From the NCBI RefSeq assembly GCF_009914755.1, contig NC_060938.1: a stretch of DNA of 64,000 bases; one strand, written 5' to 3'. This document shows positions 15,976-28,865 of this stretch, piece by piece. The DNA comes from the human T2T-CHM13v2.0 reference genome, Homo sapiens. Below the pieces are notes generated by a model. It saw nothing but the letters and a program-made list of their open reading frames with translations. It was not told where the DNA came from and searched no databases. Each line of letters starts with the position of its first letter. Position 1 is the first letter of the stretch. The position numbers and the translations under genes are program-made.

Positions 15976-17479
15976 GTTTGTATAATTTTTAAGGACTCAA
16001 AGCCCCCATGTGTCATATACTGCAGCCAAAAGATGGAAATTACTTAAGTTCATAGGTAAAAATTGTTTTTTCCCAAGATTTTTGCGCCAATACAAATTCA
16101 TTCAACCAACAAGTAAAATTTCCCCTTTTATCCTAAGCTTCTACATCTGCAAAAGGGAAACATAAACTCTCCTTCAAGTGCACTGGGGTAAAAGTTATCC
16201 TTCAAATGCTTTTTGGGAGGTAAAGAAACTCTCCTATTTCCCCGAGGATGTTTCTAACCTATGAATAATTAACACAGTATCCTGAATTTTGCAGCTAGCA
16301 CCAGGGGTCACAAGCAGCCTGAACAAATATGGTTGAACTTAAAGGGCACAAGCTCTCAGCCCTAGTACCAAGTTCCAACTTTAGCCACTGCGTCAAACCG
16401 GATGGTTTACTCTCACAAGTAGAGATGTACAGCACTAAGGGCATGGGTACACGTACGTATGTCCACACACAAACTCAGATCTGGGCCTCATCTGCACAAT
16501 GATAGACATATGTTAGGCTTGTTCTATATACATAGTTTTATTTAAATCTCCCCCAAATTGGTAAAATACCATCCCCTTATTACAGATCAGGAAATCAAGG
16601 CTTAGAGAGTTTCAGTCATTTGCCCAACATAATAACACTAGGAAGTGGCAGAGTGGGGATTTGAACTTGTCTGCCTGATGCTAGGGTTAAGGCTCTTAAA
16701 TAATTTTCCTACAAGAGAATGAAAAACGTGTCCAAAGTTAACCAGAGCAAACTTTGTTTTCTCTTGGGTGCTGGTAGGTACCCAAGACACTGTGTTGACA
16801 GAGGGGCTATTGAGCAGGCATTCCCAGGCCTCTCCATCCAGGCCACTCAAAGCCTCAGTTTCATTCATGAATTCTCCTAGCCCTGGGCCTCCCCAGAAAG
16901 CTGAACCTGTGGGGCTTCCCTGCTTCCAGGTGCTGATGTCACCAGGAGACCAGGGCCGAGAGACTACTAACAGCCTTCTCCGGTTGCCGGAGACAATGGC
17001 CAGGTGCAGTCACGTGACCCCCAGCCAACCTCCACAAGGCTCCCAGGTGTTAGGTAACAGCCTCTTATCTGAGCTCTGTTAGCAGTACTGCTCAACGCGA
17101 TTTCTTCAGGTCCTACAAACTTGGGGTGAAGGAATCAAAACAGGCAAATAGCACAGTCTAGGAGCTACTGGTATGGGAGATGAGGCAGAACAGCCTTACC
17201 CCTTACCTGCTGGCTAGTGACATGTTGCCATTTGGTAGAAGTGAAAACAGAGGCTTAAGTGCAGTACAGTCTAAATGCGGGGCTAGGACTTGGGTCCCAG
17301 GGTCCAATGTTGCCCTAGACCTCATTGGTAGAGGGCTAAGGGCTGAGAACTGTGGGGTAATCCAAGGATCGAAGAATGTGGGGGAAAAGGTAGGCCACAC
17401 AAAAAAAGAACTTTTAGTTGGTGCCTCAAATCCTTTCTGGATTAAGATGGCACCTACATAGGCAAATAGCTAAATGTTA

Positions 17480-17650
17480 ACACAAGGTTTCATTCTGTCC
17501 TCACAACCATCTCTTAAGGAAGGTACTTTACGTCCCATTTTACAGATGAGGAAACTAAGGCACTGAGCGACATGCCCAGTGTCACACTGCTGGTAAAAGG
17601 GAGGCCAAGGGTTTGAATCCCAGCTGGCTATGTAGGCTGTCCGATACAGG
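17480..17650. mobile_element. MIR remnant (similar MIRs at about 16570-16700, 27410-27600 and 56230-56420)
   Basis: MIR core CCCATTTTACAGATGAGGAAACTAAGGC. Confidence 0.7.
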
Positions 17651-18679
17651 CCAGGGTTCATTGTTTAGTTGAGGTAATTTTACATAGCATGAAATGCATA
17701 AAGTTATAATTTGAGGAGTTTTGGAAAATGAAACATACTCCAGCCACTCTGCAGGACATTTCAACTACCCTGAAAAGGTTCCCCCGGGTCCTTTCCAGTC
17801 AATCCTCACCACTTCCAGACACAAAAACACTATTCTGACTTCTATCACCTGGAACTGGGTGATTCTGATGACCCATGCAGGAAACCATGCCCACCCGCTC
17901 TCTCTTCTCTTTCCTCATTCTGGAAAGCCAGCCATTCAGCCTCCCCACGCTCCATTCCTCTGTGCCCAACTCATCCTGAGGGACCCAGAAGCACTTCTTG
18001 AAGTCTTAAGAGCTACAATTTACCAGTTCCCACTTCTGGAATGATTACCTTGGCATATCACAGAGAGAACATCTAAAATTGCCCAGGGAAGGGGAGAAAC
18101 CCTCCCACCCCACACCACCCCGGCCGAATTTAGCCATGGGCCAAATGAGAACAAGTGATGAGCTGGCGTTTCTCAAAGGAACGGTCCAACAGGCTTTCCT
18201 GATTTACAAGCAAGTGGGAAACGCTTCAGGAATTCCAAAGGTCAGGGAAGAAAGAGAAACAGTCCCAGTGCTTTTGTTCCCCCCTCTGCCTGGGTGTAGG
18301 AGCTGAATGAAAAGGCTGGGGATACTGCTGGTTTTTTTAATTAAACAGTCTTGGGCTTGGGTAAGGACAGGTTGAAGTTTCACCGGTCATTGCGCCAATG
18401 GAATCCAGTAATTTTCAGGGTCTAACAGAATGAGGGGAGAGTGGCCAGAACTCGAATATGCCACGAGACAGCTTCCGGAAAACTCAGTTTCAACAAAGTT
18501 ATCTAAGAAGTGCTGTCAAAGCTGGCAACAGATTTATGTTTTTCAATCTAATCAGACACTGAAGACTGGTAAGATTGGTAGTGACTTTTTTTCCTACACC
18601 CACAGCTGTGAACTTTAAAAAAAAAAAAGCAAAAACCATTAAACAGCATGACATCAAATGACTTATTAAAATAAAAGGA

Positions 18680-18998
<319 letters not shown>

Positions 18999-19977
18999 CT
19001 AAACAGGCTGTTTAAGGCAATCTATATAAGCCACTTTCTGGATATGCCAAAGCAAACTGCTCCTCTGCCTTTGTGAGCCACAAACGAAGCTGATCTCTCA
19101 TTAGCTAATAGATTTATGCTCCAGTATGACAACTTGCTCAGTCGTAGGTGAATAGGTGCGCACACGAGGCTGATCCACAGAGAACATTAGGATGTTTTAT
19201 TTTGCTTCAAGTGCCTGTGAATCATCCCGACACTCAGTTCCAATGTTCCCTGCAGTTTGAGTTAAAAACAGAATGCAAAGGTAGAAGCCAACACCTACGT
19301 TGTGGCAAGCTGTCAATCAGGCCGTGCAGAGCTCAGCAACAGGAAAGGATGTGGTCAGATGTACTCGCTGGCAAGAGTAACTTCTACTAAGACCCTGTTC
19401 AGGCTGCATGCTTCCAAACAAACAGCACCATGGGACCCTCCTAACACTGTGACTTTAAACTCAGTCCATACAGTAGGACTTAATGAATTGCACTTGCTTT
19501 GGGGCAACTGAAAAAGGAAGATGAAATGTAAAGGAGCTCAGAAACACAGACACCCTCATCTAAAATGAAACTTTACAGTAACCCTCGGATGCCTGGGCCC
19601 ACCCCGACACTTCCTGTAACCAGACACTCTCCGTTACAGTTCCTTGCCCTCCAAAAGGGGACTTTTTCATTTCATTGCTCAAACCACAATTAAGTCCTTG
19701 AGTCTGAAGTCAATTGCACTATCTACACCACGTAAATGACAGTCATTCAATTCCAAATTTCCTTCATCAAACCAACTGCCAGACCCACTGTCCTGGAGTT
19801 CTTCAAACACCTACGAATGTCCAACAGGCACGTTAATACTGAGATACCAGCGTCTCCACCTTCAGAGAACTACCCCCCACCCCACACACACCCCGCCATG
19901 CAACCTTCCACTCCATTTCTACTCTCAAACTTTCTAACGCACCATTCTTTCCTTCCTCCGAGAAGAAGGTAACTTAC

Positions 19978-20078
19978 ATTTGCAGCATAATTTGGTTCAA
20001 AAAGATGCCGTCCACTAAATCCATGTACATAGTCAGGTTGTCCTGGCTGCCGCTTCCAAACGGGCCAAAAGTTTTCAC
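19978..20078 (-). CDS. CCDC88C: CCDC88C coding exon 2 (101 nt), [33 protein letters not shown](I)
   Basis: Acceptor ccccgcag|GTG, donor AT|gtaagt; continues the exon 1 frame at phase 0; Hook-related N-terminal domain sequence. Confidence 0.96.
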
Positions 20079-20379
20079 CTGCGGGGAGGGGGACGAGGAG
20101 AGAAAGACAGGAAGTCACCCCGTGCGCACAAACGGTCCAAAGCTCTCCCAGGCAGAGACTGGACGGGTCAGTGTGAGCAGAAGGGGGTCACCCACGCCCA
20201 CACCACCCTTCAGCAGGCACCAAGCCCGGCCTTCTCCTAGGGCCTGTCTCCCCTCCCCGCGCGGGGCAACAGACACGAGACAGGAGGAAAAACTTCCTCG
20301 CCACTTTTCTCCCGCGTTCCAGAGCGGAAGAAATAAAAATAAAAAGGACTTTTCAATAAATGTCTCACGTCTCAAATCC

Positions 20380-21850
20380 ATTGTAAATCAGTGCGCCCAC
20401 CCCAGTCTGTTCGCTTTCCCATTCGGCGCCCCCCATTCCCCACCCGTCACCGCCATCCACCGGCTGGTCTCAGGGATTCAGAAAAACTACATGAGATATT
20501 TGGTTGGGAAGAATGGGGTCCTTTTCGGGAGTGGCTAAACCCCAGGGACAGGAGTGACCACTGGGACCCGGTCCGCCCCGAGGCAGCCAGCCTAGAGCCC
20601 CAGCGGGAACAGGTGTACCCGCCCGGCTCCTGGCCCGGCCGAAAGCGCGGCGGGGTCCCGCGCCGGACGCACAACGGGGGCGCCGGCTCCAGAGTTACAA
20701 AGCTCCGGACTCCAGGACGCGGCCCCAACCCCGGCCGGGAGCCACTTGCTGCGTCCCTCGCGCCCCGGAGCCACCCGGGGCCCCGGCCGTGTCGGGTCTG
20801 CGGCGTCCCGTCGCCGGGCTAGAGAGAAGCCGGTGCACCAACAAAGGGGCGGGGAGCCAGGCGCACTCACCCAGGTCACCAGCGGGCTCTGCAGGAAGAG
20901 CTCCAGGAGCTCCGAGACTGTCACGTCCATGCTGAGGCTGCGCCCGCCGGCTCCGCGCCCCCCGCCCCGCGTCCCCGTTCCCCCGCGCCGCGGCACAAAA
21001 CGGCTCCGCAGCGAGCAGCGGGCGCGGGGCTGCGGCGGCTCGCGCCCGGGAGACAAAGGCGGGGCGCGCGAGCCCACGTTCCGCGGCTTCGGCGGCCCCG
21101 CGCCCCGCCCGGGTCTGGGGGAAGGGGAGGGCCAGCCGCTCGGGGAGGAACAATACGGGCGGCCCCGCCCCTCGGCGGCCCTGGGCGACCGGCGCGCCGC
21201 CTCGCGGTGCCAGCCCGGGAGCCCGGGAGCCCGGGCGCGGGACCAGGCTACGCGGGGCGCTGGGAGGGGACTGGTGGCCCGAGGCGGGTGGGTCGCGGGG
21301 CCCGGCTCCCCGCCCGTGGGACCGCGCGCCCTCGCCGAGCGCAGCCTCCCCGCGTGTGGGGCCCCAGCACGTGGCGCATCCCTGCGCGCGTGCGCGTGCA
21401 GCCGGGGCCCGAGCGCCACGTGCGAGCTGGGGTGCGCGGGCACTGGTGCGTGCCGGGAGCGGGGACGCCCTGCCCTCCGAGGTTGCTCTGCCCTCCGAGG
21501 TCGCCCGCAGGCTGCCGCCCGCTCTGGGCTTGGGGACCTCGGCCCTGCGCCTTTCCGCACTCCTGGCAGGTGCAGCCCCAGGTACAGTCAAGAGGCCCCG
21601 CAAACCCCCGCTCCTCACGCTTGTGCGCGGCGCGATAAACGCGCCCCGACCCTGGGGCTGGGCTGGAGGGCAAAGAAGAAACTTTATGTTGAGTTTAGGC
21701 CTTAGGGGCGCGGCCCCTCGCGCCCTACCGTGCCCCACCGTGCCATGTTCCGGGCTGCCTGCCTTCTAAAAGTTCCTGCAGGAAGCAGGTGATGTGGCCT
21801 CCCCGACCCGGGCCCGCCCCCACCACTTTGCCGGAGGCGAGCTAAATTCC
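20380..21850. promoter_or_regulatory. CCDC88C: CpG island / CCDC88C promoter and 5' UTR
   Basis: Very GC- and CpG-rich; GC boxes near 21058, 21103 and 21163; E-boxes CACGTG at 21368-21373 and 21417-21422; NRF1-like GCGCGTGCGC at 21386-21395; TSS cannot be fixed from sequence alone. Confidence 0.9.
20871..20930 (-). CDS. CCDC88C: CCDC88C (Daple) coding exon 1, aa 1-20 MDVTVSELLELFLQSPLVTW
   Basis: ATG at 20930-20928 (context AGCATGG), translation matches the remembered Daple N-terminus, donor TGG|GTGAGT at 20871/20870, inside a CpG island. Confidence 0.97.
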
Positions 21851-22446
21851 AGCCGGGGTTCCTAGCAGCAGCTTAGTGGCAGGCGACAGGAAAAAGGGCA
21901 AAGGCCCCAACTGGCTGGAAGGCAAGCCCGGGGGCAGGACCTCCTTGCGGGACGGCACGAGGCAGGAGCCGGCTCCAGGCTGGTCTCGGCCTGGTAATAA
22001 TTTCACACCACCAGCCGGTCATTGTTCAAAGCACTGTAGACCATTTTACTAATTTAACCCTAACGATCGCCGCATTTCGCAGCTGGGCCAACTGGTACAG
22101 GGTTGACCCGAAGGGCCCTGCGTGGCGCTTGGCAAGTATACAGCAGGCACTAAATGGCTGCCGACAGGCTCGGTGGTAATTTTGAAAGTTGGCTCTGTGC
22201 AGCGTTGGGGCTGCGGCATCTGCTGGTGGCGAGTGGTATTACAGCCCAGCGCTGGCGGACCCCGTTGGGCTGGGGAGGGTTGTGAGATTATGGCCTGAGA
22301 GCCAAGGGGGTCGGTTAGGGGTCCCTAGAGACTGTGGAAGGCGGGGTAGCATAAAACACAATGGGGGACTGCGGAGGAACTAAAATTTCGAGACTACATG
22401 GTTTTGTTGTGCACCAGAAGTTCATTAGAGAAGTTCCTTAATTGCT

Positions 22447-23147
22447 TCTCCGCCCGCCGCGATGGCACTCGACCCGCGGATTAATTTAACAACTCTGATG
22501 GTTGCTCTGTGAAATTTAAAGAACAGTGGTTTAAGCAAAGACCACAAGAAAGAAGAATTGAGATCAAAGAGGAGTGTGTGCCATCGCTGTGGAGGAGTTT
22601 CAGTTGTGAATCATGAAATGTCCTGTAAACCATTTCAAGGAGTTTGATTTTTATACCAAAAACAATGGGAAGACACTACAGGTTTTTGGAGCAGCAGCTC
22701 AGACGTGTCGAAAAAGATGTTTTGATCCCTAAAATAATGAGAGAAAAGGCCAGAGAGAGGTCTTCTGACAAGTTCAAGATTTTACCAAATGTTGCAAGAA
22801 CTCTGGAATCCTTATGGTAGTAAAATGCTGGAAAGAAAATTCTGCATTGAAAGAATGTCTTAACAGCTCACTATAATGACCCAGCCTTTTATGAATAATG
22901 CAAAGTGGAAAACCTGAAGGAAAAGGAAGAATTCAGAAAAACTGGAATTTCTACAAAGAAAAGTCTACAGAAGCTGCCCACAAGTGTGTAGACAAATATT
23001 CAGATGACATTCAGGATCTCTAATACTCATGGAAGTCGTTTATAGAATAAACCTTAAATAATGGACTCAAGAATGTGTGTTTGCTAATTATGTGTGTATC
23101 CTAATTATGGAAATATTAATTTTATCTGAAATAAAAATCTTTTTTTC

Positions 23148-23178
<31 letters not shown>

Positions 23179-23481
23179 GAGACAACAGAGTCTCACTCTG
23201 TTGCCCAGGCTGGAGTGCAGTGGCGTGCTCTCTGCTCACTGCAACTCCGCCTCCCGGGTTCGCGCCATTCTCCTGCCTCAGCCTCCAGAGTAGTTGGGAC
23301 TGCAGGCGCCCACCACCACGCCCGGCTAATTTTTTGTATTTTTTACTAGAGACGGGGTTTCACCGTGTTAGCCAGGATGGTCTCTATCTCCTGACCTCGT
23401 GATCCGCCTGCCTCGGCCTCCCAAAGTGCTGGGATTACAGGCGTGAGCCACCGCGCCCGGCTAAAAATCTTTTATTTAAAA
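22447..23481 (+). pseudogene. CMC1: Processed pseudogene of CMC1 (twin CX9C cytochrome c oxidase assembly factor); symbol is the parent gene
   Basis: ATG 22462 MALDP, then from about 22689 EQQLRRVEKDVLIPKIMREKARER..QVQDFTKCCKNSGILMVVKCWKENSALKEC..YNDPAFYE*CKVENLKEKEEFRKTGISTKKSLQKLPTSV* (TAG 22989-22991) with frameshifts and a nonsense codon; intronless; AATAAA 23130-23135; 16-bp TSD AAGTTCCTTAATTGCT at 22431-22446 and 23482-23497. Confidence 0.93.
23144..23461 (-). mobile_element. AluY-like inserted in the 3' end of the CMC1 pseudogene
   Basis: TSD TAAAAATCTTTT at 23132-23143 and 23462-23473. Confidence 0.92.
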
Positions 23482-23658
23482 AAGTTCCTTAATTGCTCAT
23501 AATGTAAGTTAGTTCAAAAATAGGTATGATGTGTACACACACCGCTCTTCGCTCGGAAGCCTCTCTTCTGAAAAGTAAGGGATGCAGATGCGGCCAAAGT
23601 TGTTTTTCCAATTTTTTTGGAAAGACAAGGATGAGGAATCTTTAAAGTTATTTATTGA

Positions 23659-27393
<3,735 letters not shown>

Positions 27394-28099
27394 TAAATTT
27401 GGGGTCACCAGATATATGGGTTTGAGTCCTGGCTGTGCCATCTACTAGCAGTGTGACTTGAAACAAATTCTTAATGTCTCTTAGCAAAGGTTTTCTTGTC
27501 TACACAGTGTGGCTCCTGCTACCTCCCTCCCAGGAATGCTGTCAGAATGAGGAACAATCTATGTAAAGCACCTGGTACAGCCTAAGTGTTCAATGAAAAG
27601 TGGCTTTTTTGATCGTTGAAATTATTAAATTGTTGCATTTATAGCACTTGATATTTTTCAAAGCATTTTCACTTATACTGTCATTTGTCATAAATCTCAA
27701 TGGAAAAGAGAGTCTAATTAATGTGATCTGCCTAAATTGGCTGAGCAAATTTAGATTTGGGACTAAAAGCCAGGCATCCTGAATGGTTCCATGCTTTCTC
27801 TTCCTGATCACAGGCGCTGAAGACATAAGCTGTATTGTAAAGCTATGTGTTAGCTCAGAACTACGTCTTCAGTGACAACATAATGAAGACTAGACGTGAC
27901 CCTTGACTTTAAGAGCTTGATCGTGCATAGGAGGGACAGCATCTTGGAAAGCATGTATAAGGTACAGAAATAGTACAATGGAGAGTGTGTTTACACCTTA
28001 ACTTCTTTTGGGGAATTGTGAAAGGCTTTGCTGAGGATGTGATATTTGGCCAGAGTACTTAAGGCTGAATAAAAGCTTGTCCTGCAGATAGGTGGGAAA

Positions 28100-28546
28100 T
28101 GTTGCACGTGGTGACTTTCTGGGGCCGCTGTCATGAGGGTGATAAAAAAATTTTACTAAGATAGTTGTCAGTGAGGAAAGGCAGATTTATTAGAGAAACT
28201 AGGAAAACATGTTGCAAGGAAGCAATGGGCAGGTCAGCAAGAGAAGAGCTGACTGCAAAGAGACGAAGGCTTGCTGGGGATTTTACGGTATGCCGCTTGT
28301 ACTGTGTGCTGAAGAGAGCTTTGTGCAGTGCTGGTAATGCCAAGGTTGCAGTGAGCTAACTTGCATTTTTCTATCAGCCGAAGGTCTGCTGATAAGTTGG
28401 GTGCAGGAAGATTATGAGTTATTCGTGAAGGAGGGCTGTGTGTCCTGGACCATAAACAAAGGCTGACTTACAGCTTATCTGCTTTCTCCTTTTGCTTTCC
28501 CCTGGTCCTGCCAAGCCTAGCTCCTTTTCCCTTACTAGGACTCACA
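28100..28546 (-). mobile_element. Solo LTR (LTR47-like) inserted in an L2 remnant
   Basis: TG...CA termini, AATAAATCTGCC poly(A) signal on minus, similarity to remembered LTR47 consensus, degenerate 5-bp flanks GGAAA/GTAAG. Confidence 0.6.
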
Positions 28547-28865
28547 GTAAGGACATTCGAGGCAGAGGGCACACCATGTGGAAAGGCATGTGGGAACCAC
28601 AACATTGCCGAGACACAGAGGGAGGTGATGTTACTGGGATATGGGGGAGGTGGGCAGGGCCCAGCTTGTGAGAGGGCCAGTGGGCTCAGTCCAGGAGTTT
28701 GGACTTTATCTTAAGGAAAGGTGGGAGCCAGCAAAAGGGCTAAAGCTGGAATGGGCCTTGACTAGGTTTGCTTTTCTTTTTCTTTTCTTTTTTTTTTTTT
28801 TTGAGACAGACTCAGTCACCCAGGCTGGAGTGCAGTGATGCAATCTTGGCTCACTGCAACCTCCA

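Noticed and set aside
21470-21501. Direct repeat CTGCCCTCCGAGGT twice with 18-bp period in the promoter
   Set aside because: Only two units; consistent with a simple local duplication and no recognisable motif
20391-21769. Long overlapping ORFs of 137-347 aa on both strands
   Set aside because: Arg/Gly/Pro/Ala-rich products of a stop-poor CpG island, mostly with non-ATG starts; only the 20-codon exon 1 is supported
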